Both the position numbers and the translations under genes were made by a program. This document shows positions 49,465-62,593 of a stretch of 64,000 nucleotides of DNA, one piece after another (position 1 is the stretch's first letter; the number at the start of each line of letters is the position of its first letter). Source of the DNA: Octopus bimaculoides (Eukaryota). The DNA is taken from the NCBI RefSeq assembly GCF_001194135.2, contig NC_068981.1, forward strand, positions 24,580,776 through 24,644,775, given 5' to 3'. The notes under the pieces were generated by a model. It did no database searches and had not been told where the DNA came from. It saw only the letters and a program-made list of their open reading frames with translations.

Positions 49465-50258
49465 GGCATGGCTGTGTGGTAAGAAGTCTGCTTCCCAATC
49501 ACATGGTTCCGGGTTCAGTCTCACTTCATGGTACCTTGGGCAAAGTATCTTCTGCTATAGCTTTGGACCAACCAAAGCCTTGTGAGTGGATTGGGTAGAC
49601 AGAAACTGAAAGAAGGGTGGTGATCTGGCAGAATCGTTAGCACGCCGGGCGAAATGCTTAGCGGTATATCGTCTGCCGTTACGTTCTGAGTTCAAATTCC
49701 GCCGAGGTCGATTTTGCCTTTCATCCTTTTGGGTCGATAAATTAAGTACCAGTTATGCACTGGGGTCGATGTAATCGACTTAATCCCTTTGTCTGTCTTT
49801 GTTTATCCCCTCTTTGTTTAGCCCCTTGTGGGCAATAAAGAAATAAGAAACTGAAAGAAGGGTGGTGATCTGGCAGAATCGNNNNNNNNNNNNNNNNNNN
49901 NNNNNNNNNNNNNNNNNNNNNNNNNNNNNNNNNNNNNNNNNNNNNNNNNNNNNNNNNNNNNNNNNNNNNNNNNNNNNNNNNNNNNNNNNNNNNNNNNNNN
50001 NNNNNNNNNNNNNNNNNNNNNNNNNNNNNNNNNNNNNNNNNNNNNNNNNNNNNNNNNNNNNNNNNNNNNNNNNNNNNNNNNNNNNNNNNNNNNNNNNNNN
50101 NNNNNNNNNNNNNNNNNNNNNNNNNNNNNNNNNNNNNNNNNNNNNNNNNNNNNNNNNNNNNNNNNNNNNNNNNNNNNNNNNNNNNNNNNNNNNNNNNNNN
50201 NNNNNNNNNNNNNNNNNNNNNNNNNNNNNNNNNNNNNNNNNNNNNNNNNNNNNNNNNN

Positions 50259-50305
<47 letters not shown>

Positions 50306-50560
50306 CATATACGCATATATATGTATGTATTTGTGTGTGTGTCTATGTTTGTCCCTCTACCATCACTTGATAACTGATGCTGGTGTGTTTATATCCCTGT
50401 AAATTAGCAGTTCAGCAAAAGAGACTGATAAAATAAGTACTAGGCATACAAAGAATAAGTCCTGGGGTTGATTTCTTTGACTAAAAACCCTTTGAGGTGG
50501 TGCTGCAGCATGGCCACAGTTAAATTACTGAAACGTGTAAAAGTATAAAAGAATAAAAGG
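49465..50560 (+). mobile_element. SINE A interrupted by SINE B (49616-49845) with 15-bp TSD AGAAACTGAAAGAAG; gap inside
   Basis: TSD at 49601-49615 and 49846-49860; SINE A 3' half resumes after the gap. Confidence 0.8.
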
Positions 50561-51274
50561 GTGAATATAGTTAGCTATAGTCTTTTTTTCTCCATTCACA
50601 CCCTGGGTGCATTAGTGGACTATTAAATTAACCCCAGTACTTATTAAACCTTGGGGGCTGAAAAGTGCCTGGTGGTAGTGGTGTTAGATTCAGCAATGGA
50701 TTGAGTCCATCGTTACAGTAGACCATGGTAAGATTTGAACTCAGAATACAAAGAGCCTGAAAAAATACTGCCTGGCATCTGGACTGACTCTCTTACTAAT
50801 TCCACCCATCCATTACCCTGGATAAGTACTTTTCTCATCAAGTCTTCCATGGAAACATGTTTAGTCATGGGGAAAAAAATAGACATGGGAGAAACTATTC
50901 CCTTGCTGGGGAAACAAGTACAGTTTGGCAACTGGAAGGGCATCAGCTACATAAAAATCTGTTTCCACAAATTCCATAGGACCCATATGAACATGGAAAA
51001 GTGGATGTTAAATCATCATCATTTAACATCCGTTTTCCATGCTGGCATGGGTTAGACGGTTTGACTACAACTGAAAGCTAGAGAGCTGATGATGATAATG
51101 ATGTGATTACTGTCAATTGCAGTTTTGTTGCTGTTTAGTCCTTAATCAATCCTAATTGAGCAGACCTTATAATCAAGGGCTTTCAAGCCACAGCAATCCT
51201 TCCTTTTAAGGGTACCCATGACTAATTACATAATGAAATATATCTATTCTTTTCTTCAAGACAGTGGGTTATAA

Positions 51275-51530
51275 GGTAAAAAAAGGTAAAGTTACCTTTC
51301 TGAGTCATGCTGACTCATAAGGGCCGGTTTCCCCAGTTACATGGCGTATATATTCCCTACCTGAAGTGGACGCTGGTCTGTCACAGGATTTTTGCAGCTG
51401 AGCGGACTGGAGCAATGTGAAATGAAGTGTTTTGTTCAAGAATACAGCGCATTGCTTGGTCCAGGAATCGAAACCACAATCTTATGATCAGAAGTCCAAC
51501 ACCCTAACCACTAAACCATATTCCTCCACT
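51275..51530 (-). mobile_element. tRNA-derived SINE family E
   Basis: Minus head GTGGAGG..TATGGTTTAGTGGTTAGGG...GGTTTCGATTCC, CORE-like TTGAACAAAACACTTCA, (CTTTAC/CTTTTT)-type tail. Confidence 0.65.
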
Positions 51531-52507
51531 GTACAGCGGGATGTGATAAAAGAGAAATGATGAAAAACAAACTTCCCTAGGTGGGATTTGATCTCAGTAT
51601 ATAGAGTGTCAGATAACAATACCACAAGGCAGTCCAACTTTTAAAAGAATAATGTTTCTTTGTGAGTGGCTTCCAAACAGCTCATGTTTACCAAATTCCT
51701 CTCAGAAGGCTTTGGCCTACCCAAGGCTACAGTAGAAGGTGCTTGTCCTAAGTGCAGGCAGAATAATCAATGAAACCAAGCCTGAAACCGCAAAAATGTG
51801 CAAACAATTTCTTCACTTCTCAGCTATGTCTACACTCATTACTAGTCAAAAGCAACTGGGTGTCAGACCAAAAATGCTTTGTGGTTTTTTTTGTGTGTTG
51901 ACTTCACATGTAATGCATTCTTGGCAATGATGTTTGTTTAATTCGCTTCCGTATCCTCCTCTTTCTCCTCTTTGCTATTTCCCCCCCCCCCCATTTCTCT
52001 CTCTCTCTGTAGTTTCATAACTGAAGCCAGTGGCCTCTTGGGAGGTATATAACTGAAGTGAACAGTCTTATGAGTGTAAAAACAAAAACAGAAAACAAAT
52101 GGAAAGTTTCCTTCATTGCCAAGATATGAAGTATACCGAGCAAGCAGGAGGTGTTGAATATCTAAAATGACCAAATTGTAATGTATCTCCTGTTTACATA
52201 GAAACCATCCATGCATTAGACTAAATGATATATTGCCTTTAAATCTACTACTATTACCTCATAGGTCTCTCATTGCCTCCTACTTCATCATTATTATCTC
52301 TCTTACTCTCTCTCTCTGTCAATTTAAAATCTACAGTAAGGATTAGACCATGGCTAATATTTCCTCCAAACTTAGCTTTTTGTTACATTCATTCAAACCC
52401 TAAAGAATCCCCCCTCAACACATGGCTGTGATGCTCTCCCACAACTCCTGCTTATGAAAGAGATGCACATACTGTCAATCACTGAGGGACATGCTCAACT
52501 GATTATG

Positions 52508-52699
52508 TAATTCTTTATTGCCCACAAGGGGATAAACATAGAGGGGACAAACAAGGACAGACAAAGGGATTAAGTCGATTACATCAATCCCGGTACGCAA
52601 CTGTTACTTAATTTATCGACCCCGAAAGGATGAAAGGCAAAGTCAACCTCGGCGGTATTTGAACTCAGAACGTAACTCAGCGTGCTAACGTTTCTGCCA
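52508..52699 (-). mobile_element. SINE family B with 15-bp TSD
   Basis: TSD GCTCAACTGATTATG at 52493-52507 and 52700-52714. Confidence 0.9.
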
Positions 52700-54356
52700 G
52701 CTCAACTGATTATGGTCAAGCAAATCTGTAGGTATTGAGCAGGATATTTGCTATAACGATATTTCTGCTTCAGCAACTCAGCGCTGAATCTGTCTGAAAT
52801 GTAATGGAAAATAGGTCAGTTTCGAAACATTTGATGTCCAGGCTGCAAAATCCAAAGTTTGAAGGTAATAGTAGCCGTTTCCTTTGATTTCTAGATAGAA
52901 GCAAATAGGGAATAACACTTAACAGACGGAAGGTAAAAAAAAATTAAATAAAAATTTTGTTACACAATATTATCAGCTTCGCATGAACCTCATCATTATC
53001 ATTGTCATTTAACATCCATATTTCCATATTCGCACGAGTCAAATGGAATTTGTTGAGGTGGATTTTTTTGTGGCCAGATGCCCTTTCTGTCACCAACCCT
53101 CACTTGTTTCTAAGCAAGGTTATATTTCCCCATGGCCAGGCATGTTTCTGTAGAATATTGGAAATGAACGACACTGCTTGTATGACAGTGACCCTCATTT
53201 ACAGCTATCATGCCATGTCAAGTCAAGAAGGCAGTAACACTCTTTCTTTGTCTACCTGTGTGTCTGTCTGTCTCTCTCTCTTTCTCTCTCTCACACACAC
53301 CCATATACAATGTGCTCCTTTCACTTTCTGTCTACAAAATCCACAAAAAGCCTGGATTGACTTGGGGCTGTAGTAGAAGACACTCGAGGTAGCACCCTCT
53401 GAGACTGAATGTGGACCATGTGGTTGGGAAGCCAACTTCTTACCCCCAAGCCACATCTGCACTATTATAGCCATGCAAGTGCCTATCACAGCTATACTTC
53501 TGCCTACTCTCTCTCTCTCTCTCACACATACACCCACATGTGCCCATGTGCTGCTGTGTTCAGAGCCTCATGACTCGTGGGTTCACTCTCATTGAAATGA
53601 CTGTTGTTGGCTGACCTTCTATATAGTATAGCTATGGTCATCAATCAATACTTTGTGAGTGAAATTAGTAGACATAAACTGCAAAAGCCTCCATACTACA
53701 AGTTTGTAAGGCCATAGAAAATCTGCCACAACAGAATCCATCTGGTTCATGCAAGCATGGAAAAGTAGGCATTCAAATGATGACAATGACACACACACAC
53801 CTTTATATAAGTTGTCAGTATACTTTTGTATTTATAGCTCTCTTTTATAGAGCCATGAGTGTGTGTTTTGTGACAGATACATATATATGCCAAATCTGGG
53901 GTGAATATCTTATGCAAGGTTGCATACATTTAAAGTGTCTCTTTTGTGTATGTATGTATGTATGCCCATTGAATACGTGCAACAAAACAACAATGGTGTT
54001 AATGGGAGCCGCAGTAAAATTAGCAACAGTTGCGGCCTTGTGTGTGTACTTTACTGTTGGAGTGTGTAAGCACACAGTTGTTTGCTGTGTATATTCAAGG
54101 GTGCGAGGTCAACAATGATGATGATGGTGATATATATATATGTGTGTAGGAGGTCAATAATAATATGATAAATATACACACACACACATATATATTTATA
54201 TATATTTATATATATATATATATATGAAATAGAAATATTTGCCTCTTATGTTTAAAAAAAGAAACTTGTTTTATTAATACATTTGTAGAAAAGTTTAGTG
54301 CATGTTCAACCCATTATTATTTTTACAACACATATGTGGTAAGGGTGATGATATTG

Positions 54357-54400
<44 letters not shown>

Positions 54401-55228
54401 GTGTTGGAAAAATAAAGGGTTAAACATGTATATATATATATATATATATATATTTGAATAAAACAAGTTTTCTTTTTAAACACAGGTGATAAATATTTCT
54501 TTATTTTCATATATATTCTCTTTTACTCTTTTACTTGTTTCAGTCATTTGACTGTGGCCATGCTGGAGCACCGCTTTTAGTCGAGCAAATTGACCCNNNN
54601 NNNNNNNNNNNNNNNNNNNNNNNNNNNNNNNNNNNNNNNNNNNNNNNNNNNNNNNNNNNNNNNNNNNNNNNNNNNNNNNNNNNNNNNNNNNNNNNNNNNN
54701 NNNNNNNNNNNNNNNNNNNNNNNNNNNNNNNNNNNNNNNNNNNNNNNNNNNNNNNNNNNNNNNNNNNNNNNNNNNNNNNNNNNNNNNNNNNNNNNNNNNN
54801 NNNNNNNNNNNNNNNNNNNNNNNNNNNNNNNNNNNNNNNNNNNNNNNNNNNNNNNNNNNNNNNNNNNNNNNNNNNNNNNNNNNNNNNNNNNNNNNNNNNN
54901 NNNNNNNNNNNNNNNNNNNNNNNNNNNNNNNNNNNNNNNNNNNNNNNNNNNNNNNNNNNNNNNNNNNNNNNNNNNNNNNNNNNNNNNNNNNNNNNNNNNN
55001 NNNNNNNNNNNNNNNNNNNNNNNNNNNNNNNNNNNNNNNNNNNNNNNNNNNNNNNNNNNNNNNNNNNNNNNNNNNNNNNNNNNNNNNNNNNNNNNNNNNN
55101 NNNNNNNNNNNNNNNNNNNNNNNNNNNNNNNNNNNNNNNNNNNNNNNNNNNNNNNNNNNNNNNNNNNNNNNNNNNNNNNNNNNNNNNNNNNNNNNNNNNN
55201 NNNNNNNNNNNNNNNNNNNNNNNNNNNN

Positions 55229-55541
55229 NAATGTGCAAGTGGCTGAGCACTCCACAGACACGTGTACCCTTAACGTAGTTCTCGGGTATATTCAGCGTGA
55301 CACAGAGTGTGACAAGGCTGACCCTTTGAATTACAGGCACAACAGAAACTCAGGAAGTAAGAGCGAGAGAAAGTTGTGGTGAAAGAGTACAACAGGGTTC
55401 GCCACCATCCCCTGCCAGAGCCTCGTGGAGCTTTAGGTGTTTTCGCTCAATAAACACTCACAACGCCCGGTCTGGGAATCGAAACCGCGATCCTATGACC
55501 GCGAGTCCGCTGCCCTAACCACTGCGCCATTGTGCCTCCAC
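55229..55541 (-). mobile_element. SINE family D
   Basis: Near-identical to 3100-3402. Confidence 0.88.
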
Positions 55542-56092
55542 ATCAGATACTATACTGTATCAAAATACTATACAGATATATCAAATACAATAGAAGTTCT
55601 TGATTTATTTAAATTATCTCTTCCTCTAACGTATGTGTCATAATTTCCAAATGGCAGTTAGGACAAGCTCTGTATGAGAAGGGAAGATAATTTTAGGTTT
55701 CAAGATCTCCCCAAAGTTGACATCACATTAAAGAAAAGGATAAGCTTATTGTTTGGAGATATGAGGACAGTCGTGGACATGGTTCCTGCCTTAGTAGGTG
55801 TCATCAGCATGACAACTGTACAACCTTATCTACATTAGCCAAAGGACTTAAACATAGAAGAGGAGTAGACTGCATTTATGGCCTAGGTAATTTGTATAAC
55901 TTGAACAAATATGAGCCCAAGAGAAATAATTTAGATTGGCCAGTGGGATGTATTTAAACAACAGAAACAGATACAGGCATATCAAATATGATAGAACATA
56001 AATTCTTTATTTATTTCCAGCTCTAGATGTGTCACAGTTACTAAATGGCATGTCTGCTTAGGAGAAGTCTTGATTCTTCAGATTATTTAACC

Positions 56093-56389
56093 CAGGGGTT
56101 TTCAAACTTTTTGACTTGCGGACCCCTTTATATTTCAGGCTTTACCTTAGAGACCCCCTTATAAACACTTATGAAATTTATACATAAATATTTGCTTAAA
56201 ATAACATATATTTTTACATTTATTTATTTAACAGTATTTAACAAATAGGTTTATTGTCAATTAAAAGATTTCGATTAAAAAACACATATAAAATCAAATT
56301 GCCCATAAAAAGTATTTGCTGTCCACGGACCCCCTGTCTTGTCCTTGCGGACCCCCTGTGGTCCAGGGACCACAGTTTGAAAACCCCTG
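56093..56389 (+). mobile_element. hAT-type MITE (family H1), most complete copy
   Basis: Perfect 16-bp TIR CAGGGGTTTTCAAACT, 8-bp TSD ATTTAACC. Confidence 0.95.
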
Positions 56390-56429
56390 ATTTAACCTTC
56401 TCATATGGAGTTGGTCTTCACTGCTATTT

Positions 56430-56812
56430 GGTCATTATGATATATCGTCTTGAAGTAGAGATCATTAAAATAAACTGAGAATTTATGTTGCATGTTATTT
56501 TGATAGACCAGTTTATTGTAAAGCAAGGATGTGGCCTGGAGAGACAAACTGCACTGTACTGCAGTGGTCGAATGGTTAAAACTTCCTGCAATTCCCCAAC
56601 CTCCGGAGCCATTGAAGAAACTGCTGTCATCAACTGACCAAGATTCCAAGGACTTCCAAACCAAAATTAGACAATACAATGCTTCACTACAGATGACATC
56701 ATTTGGAGCCACAAGAGATTTAACTAAGCCTGGATTCTTGCAAACTTTCAAGATCCAAGGTCAGATTTATCATCGCATTGGCTCTCTGCTACCTCTGTCA
56801 AATAATTCCACA
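56430..56812 (+). pseudogene. Helitron Rep/Helicase N-terminal fragment
   Basis: YCKARMWPGET../KLPAIPQPPEPLKKLL..DSKDFQTKIRQYNASLQMTSFGA...GFLQTFKIQGQIYHRIGSLLP: hallmark Helitron motifs, with frameshifts. Confidence 0.92.
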
Positions 56813-57293
56813 AAATCGTCCAACCCATGCCAGCATGGAAAGCGGACGTTAAACGACGATGATGATGATGATGATGATTAGCATAAAGTGTGTATGATGA
56901 TCTAAATAAAATCACTTCCATACTAACACAACACATAACAATATACTNNNNNNNNNNCCACACACACACACATGCACATGCAAATACTCACACACACACA
57001 CACACATCCATACTAGTACATCTAGCCACTCTCTTGTTTGCTTCCTGCCATGACCCATCCAACACATGATAGCTCCGCTACCACAGAGTCTATCAATGCT
57101 ACCACATGCTATTTACCTGTCCTAGCGTATTCATTCAGCTGAATTTATAAGACAACAGCATAAAGTACGTTTCTACTACTGAAATTTTATTCTCGTGAGA
57201 AACAACAGGGATTATAGTGTGGCTCTTTGTCTGATTGTTGCTTTTTCTCCCAAGTGTTTTCCTCAGTATTTCTGTGCATGTCTATTTATATGC

Positions 57294-57333
<40 letters not shown>

Positions 57334-57349
57334 AATGTATGTATAGGTG

Positions 57350-57629
57350 CAGGAGTGGCTGTGTGGTAAGTAGCTTGCTTACCAACCACATGGTTCCGGA
57401 TTCAGTCCCACTGCGTGGCACCTTGGGCAAGTGTCTTTTACTATAGGCTCGGGCCAACCAAAGCCTTGTGAGTGGATGTGGTAGACGGAAACTGAAAAGA
57501 AGCCTGTCATATATATATATATCATCATCATCATCATCATCATCGCTTAACGTCTGCTTTCCATGCTAGCATGGGTTGGACGATTTGACTGAGGACTGGT
57601 GAAACCGGATGGCATCACCAGGCTCCAAG

Positions 57630-57663
<34 letters not shown>

Positions 57664-57878
57664 AATATGTGTGTGTGTATGTGTCTGTGTTTGTCCCCCC
57701 AACATCGCTTGACAACCAATGCTGGTGTGTTTACATCCCCATAACTAACCAGTTCAGCAGAAGAGACCGATAGAATAAGTACTAGGCCTACAAAGAGTAA
57801 GTCCTGGGGTCGATTTCCTCGACTAAAGGCGGTGCTCCAGCATGGCTGCAGTCAAATGACTGAAACAAATAAAAGAAT
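57350..57878 (+). mobile_element. SINE A with a reverse SINE C (57522-57628) nested in its (TA)n spacer
   Basis: Modules visible in order. Confidence 0.85.
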
Positions 57879-59230
57879 ATACATATACATATGTGCATGT
57901 GTGTGTGTGTGTGTGTGTGTGTGTACACATCAAATGGTGATGTTAAACAGGTCATGATATATTAAGCCAGCCAACCCTTGAGAGGTAAAATTGGTTTTAG
58001 TGTGTTTATAGGCGTTAACACACACGTACAAATGCACACAAATGTGTGTGTATATATGTATTATATAAAGTATTTTTGCTTCACACACACACACACACGG
58101 TCTGATTGCTTGCTCCTTGTTTTTGTTCTTCATTCTCATCACTTTATGTTCAACTTCTCTGGGCCAACTTCTATTTTTAGCAAGGTTTATGAGAATCTGT
58201 CTCATAACAAATTGGCTGAAGAAATGAGTAGTCAAAGAAAAATCCTCGTGTCCCCAAAGAATACTGTAAATTAAAAATTTTCTGAGTGTGTCAATATTCA
58301 AGAATCATTCTTTTTTGTCTCTCTATTTCACACACTTTGGTCATAGCTCCAACTAATATCTATTTAATCATAGAGCACTTCCAGTGAATAGATGCTTAAA
58401 TTAGACTAATTTAGATGTGTCTAGTGAGGTTTGTGTATATATGTATATATATTTTGTTGGTATGTTCATATACATTCATACACACGTACATATATATGGG
58501 TGTGTGAATAGGAAGCAAATGATTTGTGTTAGCTGTGATGCATTCTGATTTGTCTATCTTAAGGGATATAGTCATAAAAGTACTTCATGTGGATTTAACA
58601 ATAAATTAGAAAGCTGAGTTGTTCATCTATAAGTCATTGAAGGTGAACAGATGGAAAAGAGTGGGCGACAAAGCTGAACCATGGGGCATGTTGCAGTTGA
58701 TAGTATGTGCGACGGTAAGAAACTTGAAACTTTTTTTCTTTATCATTCTGGTAATTCAAGAGTGATAAAATGCTTCTCCAAATATCTTTTTACAGATTAT
58801 ATGTAACAGAAAATACTGTTATATAATTTTGTTGTATTTTTGGGAAGGTCATTATGTCGATAAAAAACACATATACTGGTATTATTACACTTCTTTTTTT
58901 TTTCAATTTCACAATTGGTTAATCATTTAACCAATTGACTAATAAATTGTTAGATTAATTGTTTTAGTTGATCAATCAACCAGCTAAGTTTGTCCAAGTC
59001 CGTTTGTTGTCGTTTATGATCTTATCAATGATGTACCCCTTCTATTCCAGGTCCACTTCAGGTCTGTATGTCTCAGAGCCAGCTAGGCATGGCTGGAACG
59101 CTTCTGATCATAGTTCTGCTTGATTGGTGTTGACCTGTAGCTACAACTTCACATGTGTGTTTGCATGTGTGCATTAACTATATCTTTAACCCAACATCAT
59201 CCATTGGAATTATCTGAGTGAGATACCAGT

Positions 59231-59262
<32 letters not shown>

Positions 59263-60020
59263 TTAACGTCCGTTTTCCATGCTGGCATGGGTTGGACGAT
59301 TTGACTGAGGACTGGCGAACCAGATGGCTGCACCAGGCTCCATGATGTGACAGAGTTTCTACAGCTGGATGCCCTTCCTAACGCCAACCACTCCGAGAGC
59401 GTAATGGGTGCTTTTACATTCCACTGGCACGAGGGCCAGTCAGGCGGTACTGGCAACGGCCACACTCAAAATGGTGTTTCTTACATGCCACCTGCACAGG
59501 AGCCAGTCCAGCGGCACTGGCAATGACCTCGCTCGAATGTTTTTTTCACGTGCCACCGGCTGGTAACAATCACGCTAAAATGGTGCTATTTATGTGCCAC
59601 TGGCACGGAAGCCAGACAGCTGCTCTGGCAATGATCACGCTTGGGTGGTGCTGTTAAGCGCTCCATTGGCACAGGTGCCAGTCATCGAATTTGGTTCAAT
59701 TTCGATTTGAATGGGTTAGACTATTCAATTTGACAGGAACCAGCTGGCTGGAGGGTTGCATGAGGCTCCAGTTGTCTGTTTTAGCATGGTTTATACTGTT
59801 CAGTGCCCTTCTTAATGCCAACTATTTTATGATGTGTACTGGGTGCTTTTCATGTGGCACTGGCATGGGTGCTTGTTAAGTATTTATTAAACCTTTCTAT
59901 AATTATTCTCAGAAAATAGAACTCTCACATTGTCTCCATTGTGAAGACTGTGACATTGTCAGTTACATTGTCCTTTTATCTAGAAATTCATGCCTCCCAC
60001 GCAGACCTAACTCATCCTTC

Positions 60021-60760
60021 CATGTCGATGACTATTACATCTGTACCTCCAAGGAGATCATTTATGGCATAAAATGCAACACTCTGCTGCTTGGGTTTAT
60101 ATTGGAGAAGCCAGTCGGCAAATGGTAAATAGTTTCTGAGAGCCTGTGGCTTATCACTCCAATTCTCTTGTTGACACCGACCTGTATCTTTGCCATCTAT
60201 CAGATTTTGTACAGCATGAATCTCCCATTTCCTGCTTACACAGTGAACAACCATTTCCCAGCTAAATACAGCCAGTCCAACTGGGATGAATAATAGTATT
60301 TTGCCTCCTGTTCTCATTCTCTCTCTTTCTCTCACACATATACACACAAACATACAGAGTGTACTCATCAATCATATACATGTATTACTATTCCTTATTC
60401 ACAGTCTCATACAACAACTCACCACACCTACCTCTGTGCCCCAAGACACACACACAACCAAGTTGCTCATTGCTCACGTGATCTCATCCACACACACATG
60501 CAACATTTTCCTTACGCACACCACATACGCATAAACTTTCATGATTTCACACTTCCTTTAACTTATCTTTACCAATCTATGCTTATCCCACTTATCTCTC
60601 TCCATTGTCATTCTTTTGGCAACCGTTCTACAGACTTCCATTTTTTACATTCACCATTCTGCTTTTCCCATTATTTGCTTTACTCTGTTTGATATAGGAC
60701 CACTGTGTCAAAATGTTGGAATTCTCCTCTGTTCCTTCATCCCAGTGTAATCATGTACTT
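60021..60760 (+). pseudogene. Penelope-like element remnant: GIY-YIG endonuclease (60021-60300) plus 3' region with decayed hammerhead (60689-60717)
   Basis: YICTSKEIIYGIKCN/VYIGEASRQMVNSF*E/PVAYHSNS...EQ/ISQLNTASPTGMN matches the Penelope GIY-YIG pattern CTS.N.IY.I.C..C...YIGET...PVA.HFN...QL.T..P.G.N. Confidence 0.8.
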
Positions 60761-60887
60761 AGTCACTTTTTTTTTTCCTTTCTTTTTCTCAAGACTTTGG
60801 ATATTATTCCATTACTACATTGATGCTGACCACTTGGGTTGCTACTAGATTTATATCATCTATCATTCTTCCCCCCACCTCTCTCTC

Positions 60888-60931
<44 letters not shown>

Positions 60932-62593
60932 TACTTGTTTAAATACTTCTTTATACACATACACATGTAGTATGGTGTGTGTGTGCCCATGTCAATGTAT
61001 GTGTGTGATTGTATGTATATGATGGTATGTAGGTACAGCTATGAATATTTATATTTCTGTATATTACATATGTTCCTCTGCTATATATAACATCACTGGA
61101 CATTTCAGCTGAAAAGCATCCAAGAGTTGATTTACTGGTTCACTGCGGTATTGACAGTGAAAGAGAGCGGATGGGTTTGTGAACTTAGCTTCTGAAAGCT
61201 TGAACTCCTTCAGCTTTGCTGGTCTTGATTGCTGCAGTTTTTTTTTTAAGAAATTTGTTCCATATGTTGTTAGCTTGGTGCAAAGAGTGGCTTATTAATG
61301 TGTGGCTGTTGGCATCAGGCATTGTGAGGACATGTACATGTATGTATTGAAGACATGTCCAGCTATTGACAGTACACAAAGCATCATCATCATCATTTAA
61401 CATCCATTTTCCATGCTGTCATGGGTTGGACAGTTTGACGGGATCCAATGAGTTGCAGGAATGTGTTGTACTCCTGTATCACTTAGCTATGGTTTCTGTG
61501 GCTGGTAGTCCTTCTTAAAACCAGCCACTTTACATTCTGTAGTGGGTGCTGTTTTCATGACATCAGCACCTGTGCTTTCATCAGGTAAGATAAGAAAAGG
61601 ACTAGAAAAATTAGTTGAGAACCAGACGAAAGGGGAAATAAAGGATGAGTGATTTTGTAAGAGTTTGAAAGGAACATGACAGATTGAGACGAGGCTGTGG
61701 ATGTAAGATGATAAGGAAGATGGGGGAGAAGGGGTAGTAAGAAGTAGAACAACAACCACCACCACCACCACAACAACAACATCTGTAGCAAGGGCTACTC
61801 TATTTTGGTCTTCCAGATTTCAGCCACCCGCCTTTGGTCAGCCTGAGGCTGAGATAGAACACACTAGCCCGAATTAGTTGTATATAAGTGGCATTGAACT
61901 CGGTACCACTTGGTTGCAAAATCTACTTCTTAACCACAGATCAACTACTGCAAACAGTACAGGAGTGGTGTGTTCTGTGATGCTCCATCATTAATGACTG
62001 CTGATACTGTTCCTTGTAAAAGTCTTTTTTTTTTTGGTTTTTTTTTTCGTTTTGGGATTCTGTTTATCTTTTCTTCTTAACTCTTCTTCTTTTCTTTGCT
62101 TGGCTTGCGCAAGCTTTCTCCAGTTCTCTTGAGTATTGGCTCTTCCTTAATTGATGGAAGAGATGGTGCTTCCATTTAAGAACTCATTTACATCTGTCAG
62201 ACTCATACACACATACATACACATGCACATCTACATACACCTACACATACATTCACACAAACACGCACATGCACACACTCATGCCCCCCCCCCCAATGTA
62301 ATGTAAAAATCAATTTTTGACAGCTTTGACAGTGACTATTGCACATTTTCATTTAACTGTGTTGCCTGCATTATGAATCATAGTGCTAGTGGCTTATTAC
62401 TCTACGAACGTTTGTGTCTATAAAATAATTTCATAGAATTATCTTGGCATAGTCCGTGACAAAGGTTATCTTGTGAATTACTGGTACAGTCAATCCAATG
62501 CATTTCCACACAGTTTCCTGTCTACCTAAAGGTTTCTTCAAAAGCAGTGCTTGGGTTGACCTGAGATAACGGTCAAAGGTACTTGCTCTAGAT

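Noticed and set aside
52714-52797. Minus-strand exon-like xRFSAELLKQKYRYSKYPAQYLQICLTIIS* with a strong acceptor
   Set aside because: Appears to be part of a dispersed repeat (52380-52790) split by SINE B; this rests on recall and needs a repeat-library check
60012-60371. 119-aa minus-strand ORF
   Set aside because: Antisense shadow of the plus-strand Penelope GIY-YIG remnant
61185-61330. Possible CR1/L2 C-terminal remnant (NIWNKF..IKTSK)
   Set aside because: Similarity too weak to call
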